Positions 28,652-38,503 of a stretch of 64,000 bases of DNA are shown here, one piece after another (position 1 is the stretch's first letter; every line of letters begins with the position of its first letter). The notes under the pieces were generated by a model. That model ran no database searches. It was given only the letters and a program-made list of their open reading frames with translations, and had not been told where the DNA came from. Source of the stretch: a virus; IMG/VR virus record IMGVR_UViG_3300041409_000599, positions 16,461 to 80,460 of that record. One strand, written 5' to 3'. The translations under genes were made by a program, and so were the position numbers.

Positions 28652-29425
28652 TCAGTTTCCGTAATTGCCCTTGAGTCCCGCCTGGTCGGCTAATTGCTGC
28701 CTGATTCTTCCGGCGCCCAGACTCAACCGATTACGCAGGTTCCCCAGCGGACCATCCTTCATCAGGTTCTCGATCATGTTCCTGCGATTGGCCTTCTTCT
28801 TCTGTAACGCCAGTTCGCGCCGCTGCAACAGCATCAGCACACGTTGCTTTGCGCTGGCCGGCCGCTCGTCGATCTGCTTCATGTCAAAGCGAATCGCTTC
28901 AGCAATCTGCGCTTCTGTCAGCATGTAAGGCGTAGGCCCGGCGCAGTACTCGTAATCGCCGTGCTGTGGATACGGACCCAGAACGCTCTCGCCTTTGAAC
29001 CTGTAGTTTTCCCATTCGGAAGGTGAGCCATAGGTGTGCGAAGCTTTCCATTTCTCCAGCACGAAACCCTCGTAGCCGTACACAGGGATTTCCTTCAGAC
29101 CCAGCGTCACGCTGCGCGGCCTGACCGCAAGGCGCGATTGCAGGAACTCGGTTATTTCCTCAACGCACTTCTTTTCCTGCACCATCTCGCGCATCTCGCC
29201 GATGCCCAGGCCTGAGATGTCATCGAGCGAGGCGTCTTCTGGCCATTCGTTCCACTCGCCCGACGCGATGGTATAGCGGTCCTGCGCCAGAATCAGCCGG
29301 TACAGCGGTTCGCCGTATTGATTGGTCCCACCCACAATCAGGATCTTCCGCAGCAGCTTGGGCGGGATGGCGATCGAGGGATGCAGGTCGCGGCGTTTCA
29401 GCCTGCCGGTCTTCACCTGCTTCAT
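28652..29425 (-). CDS. Hypothetical phage protein
   Basis: 257-aa ORF in operon. Confidence 0.7.
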   Translation of the reverse strand: MKQVKTGRLKRRDLHPSIAIPPKLLRKILIVGGTNQYGEPLYRLILAQDRYTIASGEWNEWPEDASLDDISGLGIGEMREMVQEKKCVEEITEFLQSRLAVRPRSVTLGLKEIPVYGYEGFVLEKWKASHTYGSPSEWENYRFKGESVLGPYPQHGDYEYCAGPTPYMLTEAQIAEAIRFDMKQIDERPASAKQRVLMLLQRRELALQKKKANRRNMIENLMKDGPLGNLRNRLSLGAGRIRQQLADQAGLKGNYGN

Positions 29426-29863
29426 TTAGCCGACCACCACGCGAATGTCTTCTTCGCGGATTTGCGCCACCTGATGGCCGCCAATCTCGATCTGCATAGC
29501 CGAGTACTTGGTATAGACCACGTAGTTTCCGACTTTCACTTCCAGCGGCACCCGCAGGCCGTTTTCAATGTAGCCGCTGCCAACGGCAATCACGATGCCG
29601 CATGTCTGTTCCGCCCGCGCCTCTTCCGGAATGATGATGGAGGAATAGTGCTCGCTCGGCGGCAATGGCAACACCAGTATCTTGTCGCCCAGGGGACGCG
29701 CTTTAATTGCCACCAGGTCGTCAGCGACATTGAGCGCTTCTGTGACCAGATGCGCGGCCCGGACCATCACGGGAAGGTTGGCGTCGGTGACCTCGTCCTG
29801 TTTCCTCGCGCTCAGGCGATTGTCGGTGACTTTCAAAATAGAATCGGTTTTGGTCATTGACAT
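29426..29863 (-). CDS. groES: Co-chaperonin GroES homolog
   Basis: RPLGDKILV, IIIP, GIVIAVGSG, PLEVKVG, KYS, IREEDI. Confidence 0.9.
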   Translation of the reverse strand: MSMTKTDSILKVTDNRLSARKQDEVTDANLPVMVRAAHLVTEALNVADDLVAIKARPLGDKILVLPLPPSEHYSSIIIPEEARAEQTCGIVIAVGSGYIENGLRVPLEVKVGNYVVYTKYSAMQIEIGGHQVAQIREEDIRVVVG

Positions 29864-30252
29864 TACTGCTTCCTTCCTTTCACGTCTTCGGTCATGAGCA
29901 TGGTTCCCAACATAAATACTGACGCAAAGACCTTGCCGTCGTATCCCACCAGATTGACCTGGTTGGGCAGCACTTGCAGGTTCTGCATGATTGGCTTTTT
30001 GTTGACGGTGATGGTGGGCATATCAGGATCGGGGCTCACCGGAGTTCCCGGCGCCGCTTCCTCAATCGTGCCCAGTTGTTCATACGCCATGATGGCGATA
30101 GGGTGCATCACCAGGCTGGCGCATTTCTCGTTGCTGGCAATCCACTTCACCGTATCAACGCGCATAAAGCGCTGCGCCATCGCGAATTGCTTTCTCAGTT
30201 CCGCATCGCTTGCGTTCTCAAGGGTAGGGGCATTCTGTTTGCGGTTCGTCAT
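29863..30252 (-). CDS. Hypothetical protein
   Basis: ORF coupled to neighbours. Confidence 0.6.
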   Translation of the reverse strand: MTNRKQNAPTLENASDAELRKQFAMAQRFMRVDTVKWIASNEKCASLVMHPIAIMAYEQLGTIEEAAPGTPVSPDPDMPTITVNKKPIMQNLQVLPNQVNLVGYDGKVFASVFMLGTMLMTEDVKGRKQ

Positions 30253-30716
30253 GCGTTCTGCACCGCCTTCAGGTAATCGCTGATCGTGATTCCAGTGTTG
30301 AGAACAACTTGTACGCAGCGATCATCCCAGAGTTCGATCATGCCGAAGTCCTTGGTGCAGGTGATATCGAGAACGGCACCAAAATGCTTATCGCACCAGA
30401 CCTGAATAAAAGACCTGGCGTTCATCGTTTCATTCCAACGCTTGAGCCATTCCTTGTGTTCGCTCTCAATACGTTCCAGTTCTGCGGGTGCACTAACTGC
30501 ACCTTCGGCGAGCTTCTTATAGAGCCATGGCTGCGTTGGCTCCGGAGGGCAATACACTCTTGCCGTGAAAATCTTTACCGTCTTGCCTTCAGCCAGCCAT
30601 CCCTTCACTCGTTCCACCATCGGCATGATTGGTTCGCCGATGTGCTCCGGGCCTTTCCATCCCGCGTAATGCGCCAGCGTGCCGTCTAGGTCTACGCCGA
30701 TCCAACCGTTGTGCAT
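30249..30716 (-). CDS. HAD-superfamily (PNK phosphatase-like) protein
   Basis: IGVDLDGTL, FTAR, WDDR. Confidence 0.8.
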   Translation of the reverse strand: MHNGWIGVDLDGTLAHYAGWKGPEHIGEPIMPMVERVKGWLAEGKTVKIFTARVYCPPEPTQPWLYKKLAEGAVSAPAELERIESEHKEWLKRWNETMNARSFIQVWCDKHFGAVLDITCTKDFGMIELWDDRCVQVVLNTGITISDYLKAVQNA

Positions 30717-30768
30717 CTTTCCTCCAGAATTTCAGGGCCCACCAATGCGGCAGACCCTGACAGGTTTT

Positions 30769-30807
30769 AGCTAATTGCTAATTGCTTCCTTGCTAATTGC
30801 TTAATTG
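30769..30807. repeat. Short GCTAATT tandem repeats (similar motif at ~48695-48717)
   Basis: gctaattgctaattgcttccttgctaattgcttaattg. Confidence 0.5.
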
Positions 30808-32081
30808 TTCGTCGGTACTTTTCCGCCGGTGATCGCAGCCTGCGCCATCGGATTGTTCACGTACCACTGCTCGGCGCAGACCCAGTACATGACTTCCTGC
30901 ACGGTCGGCGTGCCGGTCGTCGGATCCACCAGTTGGAAGATCATCTGATTGCCGCGGTTCTTGAACCAGAATTGGCCCTGTCCCCACTTGATGGTGTTCC
31001 ATGCTTCTTTGAGCAGCAGGTCCCAGCGCGTCTGGTCGGCGTGCTGGTTGATGTAAATCTTCCTGCCATTCAGGGTGAAGTCGGCAAACAGCGGATCGTA
31101 CGTGCCCGCCTTTCCGCCATCCAGGGGCACATAGCTGTCACCGAAGGCCATCTCTTCCACCGCCTGCAACTGTGACGGATGCGTGTGGTAGAACTGGTTT
31201 TTCAGGCCCTTCTTGCCCAGCCGCTGAATGATCTGGTTCTGCAAGATGCGGAACACAGGCTTGGTCACCTGCGCCGTATTCGACAGATTCAGACCGTTCG
31301 CCACCACGTAAGGCAATGCGCGGCTGATGCCGTACAGGTTGCCCGCCGTCGAGGTGCTGACGAAGACCGGGATGCCGTTCACAAACTGCGGTCCGCCCGG
31401 AGTTGCGCCGCCAACGATGATCAAATCGCCGGCCACCGTGCCCGGAGGAATCGCGTCCACTTGGAACTGCTGTGTGCCGCCCAGCGCCTTGAAGACGTTC
31501 TGGATGGTGCAGCTTCCACGCAGCACGTACGCCGGTGACATGACCTGAACGGTCTGCTGTTCCTGTCCCAGATGCGCGCCGCGGCCATCGATTGTGCTCG
31601 TGGTGGTCGAACGCAGGTTGATGAAGTTCGCGCCGGTGGTCGAATCCACCGAGCCGATCGAACCGTCACCAGGCGTCTGCAACCAGATATCGCGGCAGCG
31701 GATTGCCTCTTCCACGATGTCCGAGATGGTGTCGGTCACCGCGTTGTCCGTGGCAACGCCATCGCCTTCGCCCACCAGTTGCGCCAGTTGGCTGTACTGG
31801 ATAGGCAGGGTCCACGCGACGGGAGTGAGCAACATCTGGTCGTACTTGTTGCCAACGCCGTTAGGCAGCGAGCCCTGGTCAAGGCCGATCTGTTGCGGGT
31901 TGGAAGCGATTGCGGTCTTCAGGCGCGCGCGGAACGAGCGCAGAGACACGCGGGTTGCTTTGCCGGCGCCGTTGCCGAGCAGGCGGGCCAGTTCACCATC
32001 GGTATCAACGGTGTTGGCAATGTTGGGGGCAAAGGCTTCCAGTTGCAACGGGAGAGCCTGTACTGCTGTTAGAGGCGGCAT
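30801..32081 (-). CDS. Major capsid protein
   Basis: 426 aa, downstream of scaffold; GIP..YGISR and NNPMAQAAITG C-terminus. Confidence 0.8.
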   Translation of the reverse strand: MPPLTAVQALPLQLEAFAPNIANTVDTDGELARLLGNGAGKATRVSLRSFRARLKTAIASNPQQIGLDQGSLPNGVGNKYDQMLLTPVAWTLPIQYSQLAQLVGEGDGVATDNAVTDTISDIVEEAIRCRDIWLQTPGDGSIGSVDSTTGANFINLRSTTTSTIDGRGAHLGQEQQTVQVMSPAYVLRGSCTIQNVFKALGGTQQFQVDAIPPGTVAGDLIIVGGATPGGPQFVNGIPVFVSTSTAGNLYGISRALPYVVANGLNLSNTAQVTKPVFRILQNQIIQRLGKKGLKNQFYHTHPSQLQAVEEMAFGDSYVPLDGGKAGTYDPLFADFTLNGRKIYINQHADQTRWDLLLKEAWNTIKWGQGQFWFKNRGNQMIFQLVDPTTGTPTVQEVMYWVCAEQWYVNNPMAQAAITGGKVPTNN

Positions 32082-32105
32082 GAAACTTGTCTCCTGGGAA
32101 AGCGC

Positions 32106-33665
32106 TTACTTCCGTGCCGCGAACGCTCCGCTCCGCTTCATCTGCTCTTTGATCAAGTGCTCGCGCGGCATCTCTTCGTTCGGGTGCGCCGCGGCCCATT
32201 CGGTGCGTATCTGGGCAATCAGCGCATTCGGATCGGTTACAGGTGCCGGTTGTGCGGGTGTCGTAGAGCGAGTCTTCGGGTCGGTGTTCGAGGCGGCGGT
32301 TTGTGTGGTGCGCGTTTCCTGCCGGGTTTCCTGACGGGTGAGCGTGCCGCCCTTGGCTTCGCGGATAACTTGCGCCGCGATCGGGCCAAGGATCTGGTTC
32401 GTCCACTTCAGCAGATGCGCGAGATGTTCTTTCTCCCGCGTCTCGCCTGGTGCACGACTGAGGATCGAATCAAGAGCAGGTTGGTAATAATCCAGCTCTG
32501 CCAGCTTCTGATCAACAAGCTGGCCGATTTTCACCATTGCGGCGTTTTGCTCGAACTCCGTAAGTCCGGCGGTTTTGAATTTGGGTTGCAACTGGGCAAC
32601 GATGGAGTCTTCAGCTTTCTTCTCCGCGCGCTCAATCGACTGCGTATTTACTTCGGTCCTGCGCTTGATGTCGGCCTGCTGGTCGGATTTTTCTTTCTCC
32701 GACACGGCTTGCTCGCGCTGCTTGAGTGAATCCGCGAATGGCTTCAGTTCTTCCGGGACTTCCCCTAACGCCGGGGAGGACGGCGCGTTTACCTCCTCAA
32801 GGATGTCCAGGGCGGCTAAGAGCCGTTCGTTCTGGGTTGACTCAGCTTTGGCCCTCAGCACAGAGAGCCGGTTATCGAAAATGTGATTGAAGGTGTTCAG
32901 TAACGCGGGATGAAACTTGTATTGGCCCTTCTCGTCGAGGACCGGCTGGCCCTTGTCGTCGGTGTACATGGCCATCTGCGTCCACTTGTCCAGAAACTTT
33001 CCCGCGCCTTCTTTGGTCGTGGCGCCAAGGAACAGGTTGTCGGTGGACTGCCACGTCGCAGCGCCTTGTGCCATCACCTTCGCGGTTTCAACATCGGGAA
33101 CAATCTGCCGGATCTCGCGGTTCTCCGCGTCTCTCCGCAGTGCGCCAAAGACCTGGCCCTTGAGTTCAGGGTTATCGTCAAAGAACTTTTTGGTGGCCGG
33201 GTCAGCCTCGATCGCTTTGGCGAATTCCTGCGGTCCCAGACTTGTGCCATCGTCCAGTTCAGGGACTTCTGCGGCTGCGGCCGCTGCTGCCTGTTGTTCT
33301 TCCGGTGTCGGAGCGTTGGGAGCGGTCGGGTCTTGCTGCTCTGCCGCGGCGGCTGCTTCGGCAATCTGTTCCGCCGTCTGCGTTGCCGGCACTTCTGCCG
33401 GGACCTCAGCAGGCACTTCGGCTGGTGCTGCGCTGCCATTGCCTTCTTCCAGTGGCACGGAAGCCTTAGCTTCGTCCCATCCCGCGCGTAGCTTGTCCTG
33501 GATCGACAGTTCGCCAGAGGGATTACTTGCTGGCGTTGACGCTGGTGTAGAAACTGGCGTAGGCGTAGCTGATGGAGTAGGCGCAGAACTCGCTGGCGCT
33601 GCCGGTGCGGGAGTGCTCGGAGCTGATGGGGCCGCTGGTGCGGACGGTGTGATGACTTCAGACAT
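32106..33665 (-). CDS. Capsid scaffolding protein
   Basis: P/A-rich N-terminus, helical acidic body, lies between portal and capsid. Confidence 0.7.
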   Translation of the reverse strand: MSEVITPSAPAAPSAPSTPAPAAPASSAPTPSATPTPVSTPASTPASNPSGELSIQDKLRAGWDEAKASVPLEEGNGSAAPAEVPAEVPAEVPATQTAEQIAEAAAAAEQQDPTAPNAPTPEEQQAAAAAAAEVPELDDGTSLGPQEFAKAIEADPATKKFFDDNPELKGQVFGALRRDAENREIRQIVPDVETAKVMAQGAATWQSTDNLFLGATTKEGAGKFLDKWTQMAMYTDDKGQPVLDEKGQYKFHPALLNTFNHIFDNRLSVLRAKAESTQNERLLAALDILEEVNAPSSPALGEVPEELKPFADSLKQREQAVSEKEKSDQQADIKRRTEVNTQSIERAEKKAEDSIVAQLQPKFKTAGLTEFEQNAAMVKIGQLVDQKLAELDYYQPALDSILSRAPGETREKEHLAHLLKWTNQILGPIAAQVIREAKGGTLTRQETRQETRTTQTAASNTDPKTRSTTPAQPAPVTDPNALIAQIRTEWAAAHPNEEMPREHLIKEQMKRSGAFAARK

Positions 33666-33683
33666 GACGATTCGTTTCCTTCC

Positions 33684-33743
33684 TCGGCGCTCAGGCCGAT
33701 TTGGCGGTGAAATAGAAAGGCCCAGCCGCTTAGGGCTGAGCCT
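33684..33743 (-). promoter_or_regulatory. Tandem CTAAGC/CTGAGC-loop hairpins (first may be a terminator) before the scaffold RBS
   Basis: AGGCTCAGCC-CTAAGC-GGCTGGGCCT-TTCTATTTC; TCGGC-CTGAGC-GCCGA-GGAAGG. Confidence 0.65.
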
Positions 33744-33771
33744 CGATTACTGAATTCGGTAATTTGGTAAA

Positions 33772-34224
33772 TTAGTCGCCGTCGGTCGCGGGCGGCTTCT
33801 GCTCTTCCACCACTGGCGGATCGCCGGCAGCGTCAAGCTGCTCGGTCACGTCGGGCTCGGCATTGTGCTCTGCCACATGCTTGTCGAACTCCGGCCTTGG
33901 CTTCGCAATCAACCGGCCGCTGTCATCCTGCTTCTTCTGTTCAAAGGGATGGTCATTCGCTGGATGGTCCACTGGCAGCGCCAGGTGCTCTTCGCTCAGC
34001 CGCTTCCAGCAATTCAAGCTGTACTGCGGCAGCGCCGGATTCGTCTCTTTCTTCGAATCGTCGCTCATGTGCGGAACGCCAAACTCGGTTTTGAGCGCAT
34101 CGGTCTTGGGGTCAAAGTAGGCGACGTCCAGAACTTCAGGGTTGAGGTTGTTAACTCCGACCACCAGCGCAGCAAACACGACGCTGGCACGGTCGATATA
34201 AAGCACGACTGATCCTTTATTCAT
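33772..34224 (-). CDS. Hypothetical protein
   Basis: SD AAGGAG before MNKGSVV. Confidence 0.65.
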   Translation of the reverse strand: MNKGSVVLYIDRASVVFAALVVGVNNLNPEVLDVAYFDPKTDALKTEFGVPHMSDDSKKETNPALPQYSLNCWKRLSEEHLALPVDHPANDHPFEQKKQDDSGRLIAKPRPEFDKHVAEHNAEPDVTEQLDAAGDPPVVEEQKPPATDGD

Positions 34225-34234
34225 AAATTTCTCC

Positions 34235-36628
34235 TTATGCCATCGCTGGCTGCGGTTGAGGTTGTCCTTGCGGCGGCGGCATTGCTCCCGGAGGCATTCC
34301 ACCCGGTGCGACCATCTGCGCCTCTGCCATCTTTTCTTTTGCAAACTGAACGCACAACTTATAGAACGCCACCAGATTGTCTACGGCTGGCTGGTTGCCT
34401 TCGAGCTTGTCCCAGTGTTCCTGCGCCCACGCCGGAATGATCTTCTGCCAGGCGTCCAGATCGTCGAGATACTTCTGCGGCATGACTGAAGGCAGAAGGA
34501 ACGGCTCTCCCGTCTCTGGATCCGGCATCCCGGTATCGATCGGCCCGGAACTTACAAGCTGCGCTATCACGCGCAGAGACTTGGACCGCATCGCCGCTCC
34601 CGGAGCTATCAGCCCCGGAACGCCCATGTACCGGATAAACGTGTCGATGTTCTTGGGCTCGGCTGAGAACCAGTCCAGCAGCATCGAATCTTTCTGCGTA
34701 ATCAGGTTCTCGAACCAGTCTTTGATTTCCGAGTATGTCATCGGGAAACCCTGGTCGGCTTCCGGCTCGGCGTGTACTGAGCCCTTCATCTGGTCCAGAT
34801 GGACATACTCGTTCCGCGCTTCTTTGGTTTCATCGGTGACCACCTGAAACCAGTCTTCCGTCATGTTCTCTGCGGCGCAGGCAACGCCATTCTCGGCCGC
34901 TTCCGCGTGCTCGGTCTGCAGTCCTTTCCACATCAGGCCCAGCTTGTTCTTGGCGGTCGACAACTGCTGTCCTTGGCCGGTCGCAGTCTGAATGTTCGGA
35001 TCGCCATTGCCGCCGAACAACTGCGGCGGCGTTCCCACCAGCAGCTCCATATCGTGCTTCAGGCTTTCCACGTACTGGAAAATCGCGTGGTCGATCTCCG
35101 TCTTGACCTGGAAGATTGCGTGCTGGATATCCGCCATCTGATGTGCCGCCCTGAGCGCAATGCCATTCAAGACGCCTGGCCGCAGCACCTTGTTGTTCAT
35201 GGCCTGCGTATCGATCATTCCCTCATTGGCCAGCAGGAACCCGGCGCACAGCCGATCAAAGTACTCGTCTATCTTCGAATAGGCATCATTGATGCGTTCC
35301 TGAATCGGGACCGCAGGGTCACCCGCGGGCGCCGGATACAGGCCATAGCCTTTGGTTTCAGTGCCGCACCAGGTAAGTTCCTTGGTCAGTTTGGCTGGCT
35401 TGATGAACAGCGGCATCTCGCCGATCCATGCTAGCATGCAGCCCTTGGGAAAAAGCTCTTGCAGCCGCTCGCAGGTAGGCCGGTCGTCCATCTCCGCAAA
35501 CGCCGTTACCTGAAACCATGTGCGATTGTAGGTAAGCTTCTCGTTTGAAGTAGTCCGCAGCCCGGAACCAGCACCCGCCGGCGAACTCAGCATGTCGCGC
35601 TGCTGACGGTCCATCGTCTCGCCCGACGCGCCCGATGTCATTCCCGCTTCTAGCTTGTCCCAAAGCTTTGGGAAGATTGTCCGCGCCCAGCCCAGGGTTA
35701 CATCGTCGGCAACATTGACCAGCGGAGAATCGTCAATCGTCGCCGCGTCCGGGTCGGCGTCAACGTTCATGGCGCCGTAGACCGTCTGGATCACCATGCC
35801 GTTCGCAACATCGTCTTTCTGTTGCGCAATCGGGATAGTGTCTACATGGTCTTCGTGGTAATTCTCCTGGCCCAGAGGCTGGCCGCACTGCGGGCATGCC
35901 AGCCCTTGCGGGTTCTGTACGATCTCATTCTCCGGCGTGGTGGCGCCGCAGTTGTAGCAGACAAACCGCGCCGGCAGCACGTCAGTGCGCGTAAGCTGCC
36001 AGACCGTTTCTTTGTGCGTTCCCGTGCGATCGGCATCCACCACGTAGCGGTTGAACTTGAAATAGCAGCCGCCGGTGAACAGCTCCATCAGTTCCTGGCC
36101 GACCATCGTGTCGGCCTTGTTCGCCCGCTCGATGATGGTTTCCACCCGGGATCCTGCTTTTGCCGTTTCGCGGTCGGATTCGTCGTCGGCATTGGCCGGC
36201 ATGAACCGCACCTTGGGAACCGAGAGCAGCGCAGAGCGGTAGGCCTTCTCTACCATCTGGTAGAAGTTATGCGGACGCCGGTCCATCGAGCGGTCTTCGC
36301 TGTCTTTGTTCTGGGAGCCGGCGAAGTTGTAATACTCGTCAAAGGCGTCGAACTGGTTCAGCGTTCCCGGCCACACCCCGGTGTAGTGGTTGCCTTTTAG
36401 CATCTCCTTGTTCTTGAGGACCTTGGCGCGGATGGCGCGCAGCTTCGGCTGCCAGCGGTCGCGGATGCGGTTGGAGAGCTCAATCAGTTTGGTCGCATCG
36501 CCCGGCTGCATGCCTTTATAAAGGGCATTGTCCTGGCCGGTGGAATTAGAGGGCGCGTCTTTGCTGGGTTCTTGGCTGGCCGGTGTGGGTGACTGCGGCT
36601 GCCGGAGATTAAAGCTCGAGGTTGCCAT
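34235..36628 (-). CDS. Portal protein (with Zn-finger insertion)
   Basis: 797 aa; PIQERIN, TATG motif; Q/P-rich tail; CYNC..CPQC. Confidence 0.8.
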   Translation of the reverse strand: MATSSFNLRQPQSPTPASQEPSKDAPSNSTGQDNALYKGMQPGDATKLIELSNRIRDRWQPKLRAIRAKVLKNKEMLKGNHYTGVWPGTLNQFDAFDEYYNFAGSQNKDSEDRSMDRRPHNFYQMVEKAYRSALLSVPKVRFMPANADDESDRETAKAGSRVETIIERANKADTMVGQELMELFTGGCYFKFNRYVVDADRTGTHKETVWQLTRTDVLPARFVCYNCGATTPENEIVQNPQGLACPQCGQPLGQENYHEDHVDTIPIAQQKDDVANGMVIQTVYGAMNVDADPDAATIDDSPLVNVADDVTLGWARTIFPKLWDKLEAGMTSGASGETMDRQQRDMLSSPAGAGSGLRTTSNEKLTYNRTWFQVTAFAEMDDRPTCERLQELFPKGCMLAWIGEMPLFIKPAKLTKELTWCGTETKGYGLYPAPAGDPAVPIQERINDAYSKIDEYFDRLCAGFLLANEGMIDTQAMNNKVLRPGVLNGIALRAAHQMADIQHAIFQVKTEIDHAIFQYVESLKHDMELLVGTPPQLFGGNGDPNIQTATGQGQQLSTAKNKLGLMWKGLQTEHAEAAENGVACAAENMTEDWFQVVTDETKEARNEYVHLDQMKGSVHAEPEADQGFPMTYSEIKDWFENLITQKDSMLLDWFSAEPKNIDTFIRYMGVPGLIAPGAAMRSKSLRVIAQLVSSGPIDTGMPDPETGEPFLLPSVMPQKYLDDLDAWQKIIPAWAQEHWDKLEGNQPAVDNLVAFYKLCVQFAKEKMAEAQMVAPGGMPPGAMPPPQGQPQPQPAMA

Positions 36629-36767
36629 TATTTATTTGGGCCAGTAGGTTCGAGGAGCGTCAATCAGGTTCTGGACTGAGTCGATCAAGCAATTATCGGC
36701 AGGGCTATTGCCGTCAGCTTTCGCGTAATCCAAGTTCTGTTGCGCGGATTCAAGCAATCCATTGATT

Positions 36768-37187
36768 TCAGTATTTGCCGATGACCTGTCCGCGTGCCGT
36801 TTCAAAAATCTGCTGTACCGGATGCGCCGCTCGCGCTGCCTGCACCTGCTCTGACTGGCCTTCCTGCGCGAGCACATCCGCAAGCTGTGACGGCCGGTGC
36901 CGCTTCGTCCATGCAATCCGATCTTTGCGCCGCTGCTCTTCGTTCCGTATTTCCTGCTCGAATACCTGCTCCGGCGTCAGCGGGACTTCCGGCTCCGGCT
37001 TCACTTCCGGGATGGTGTCGAACACCTGCACTCCGAAGTTGGCCTTGTAAATCAGGTCATGCATGCGCCGGGTTTCGCGCTCGAGATCCGCGATGCGCTT
37101 GTCCCGCTGACCGAGCTGGGTATTCTTCTCGCGCAGCATGTCGTCGAATCGGGCTGCGGAGGTCCAGGGCCAGCGCAATGGCAACAC
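36768..37187 (-). CDS. Hypothetical coiled-coil protein
   Basis: GAGGA SD before GTG. Confidence 0.55.
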   Translation of the reverse strand: MLPLRWPWTSAARFDDMLREKNTQLGQRDKRIADLERETRRMHDLIYKANFGVQVFDTIPEVKPEPEVPLTPEQVFEQEIRNEEQRRKDRIAWTKRHRPSQLADVLAQEGQSEQVQAARAAHPVQQIFETARGQVIGKY

Positions 37188-37552
37188 TATTCGTCCTCTG
37201 TCACGTTCACGTTCGTTACGCCGGCCGCCTTGGATCTTGCCTTCAGATAGGTGGTAGCCGCAGAGGGCGCGGTTGCGCCGCCGATATTCTGGGCGGGCCA
37301 TCCCAATATTGGCCCCTGGTTATTCCCCTGCCCCACGGAATTGCCAAGGTCGATCTGCGGGGCTGGAGGACTGCCAGGAACACCCACAACGTATTGCTGG
37401 GTGAAGTTATCGTTGGGCAACAGGTACTGCAAGCCGACCGCTGCGGCAGCTTCGTCTTCACGCACCCGCACCCGCCGCGCCGGGATGGTTGAGACAATCG
37501 CCACCATGGCGCCGCCGCTACCGTTAAGAGCAATCTGTCGCTGTGCCGGCAT
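37187..37552 (-). CDS. Small virion-like beta protein
   Basis: ORF coupled to neighbours. Confidence 0.6.
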   Translation of the reverse strand: MPAQRQIALNGSGGAMVAIVSTIPARRVRVREDEAAAAVGLQYLLPNDNFTQQYVVGVPGSPPAPQIDLGNSVGQGNNQGPILGWPAQNIGGATAPSAATTYLKARSKAAGVTNVNVTEDE

Positions 37553-37839
37553 TAGTTTGCCTCCAGAAACTTTTCCAGGTCATCTGCCCAGATGCAGTGG
37601 ACTTCCGTTCCCGCCAGTCTTTCGTCGGGATGGTCGGCAGGATGCGAGCGATGGTTGCAACACATCACTTCCTTAAGTCCGCCCATCAGTTGGTTGAATT
37701 TCGCCTCGCCCAGCTTCGCCCGGACTTCCTCTGAGTCAAAGGCCAGGTGGAAGGCATCGCTGCCCTTGCTGGCCACGAACTCCAGTCCCAGCGCCAGCGA
37801 ACGCGGAAAGCGGGACTCAAGGTATGGGTGATGAGCCAT
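37552..37839 (-). CDS. Hypothetical protein
   Basis: ORF coupled to neighbours. Confidence 0.6.
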   Translation of the reverse strand: MAHHPYLESRFPRSLALGLEFVASKGSDAFHLAFDSEEVRAKLGEAKFNQLMGGLKEVMCCNHRSHPADHPDERLAGTEVHCIWADDLEKFLEAN

Positions 37840-38021
37840 TATTTCCCTCTGTCCGCCAGGCGCTGGCCGAAGCTGCGCCGCGGCTTCTGTTTGCTTGCGC
37901 GCTCCGGCAGGTCCTTGCCCTTGCTGGCCGCGTTGTATTCGTCCACGTCCACGCCCTGGTCTTCCATCTTGTCGCGATTGGCATTGAAGAATCGGCGCTG
38001 ACTGTCAGATTTGTAAGGCAT
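37839..38021 (-). CDS. Small phage protein (MPYKS..QRRF type)
   Basis: MPYKSDSQRRFF..KGKDLPER. Confidence 0.65.
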   Translation of the reverse strand: MPYKSDSQRRFFNANRDKMEDQGVDVDEYNAASKGKDLPERASKQKPRRSFGQRLADRGK

Positions 38022-38092
38022 ATCGACCGCTCTCTTTGGCTTTCGGTTGACGCCCTCTTTCTGCAAGGGCTGTGATGATTCAGCCGTCAGGC

Positions 38093-38500
38093 TCACTTCG
38101 TTGTCACCAGAAACTCTACGAACTGCGGATTGTCCTGAATGAAGGCCAGCAGTTCGCCGGATCCCCAGTAAATTCCCGCGTGTCCGTCTTCGCCGTCGTC
38201 TTTGTCGCCTGAGTTGTTCCACTTCTGGTCTTGCTTGAAGCTGCCGTCACAAGCCAGCGCGTGCATGATTTCATGCAGCAAAGCCTTTGCCAGTTCCCGC
38301 CCTTGAATGTCCTTGCGAACATCCACGCGCTTGAAGGCGCAGAAGGTCACCGCGTCGTTCGTCGCATCGGCATCCACTACTCCGACATACCTGATGGTCC
38401 AGGCTTCCCCGTGTTTGGTGAATCCGTGCGGAAGGGTATCCACGGATCGCGCCCAGACACTCAGGAAAGCCAGGACTACCAGGCCGGCGACAACGCGCAT
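38093..38500 (-). CDS. Secreted HEXXH metallopeptidase-like protein
   Basis: Signal peptide; LLHEIMHAL. Confidence 0.65.
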   Translation of the reverse strand: MRVVAGLVVLAFLSVWARSVDTLPHGFTKHGEAWTIRYVGVVDADATNDAVTFCAFKRVDVRKDIQGRELAKALLHEIMHALACDGSFKQDQKWNNSGDKDDGEDGHAGIYWGSGELLAFIQDNPQFVEFLVTTK

Positions 38501-38503
38501 CTT

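Noticed and set aside
30769-30807. CRISPR-like or functional array
   Set aside because: Only 7-nt microrepeats with no spacers; no cas genes in the window
36632-36916. 94-aa ORF upstream of portal
   Set aside because: Mostly overlaps a better ORF and has no credible start or SD
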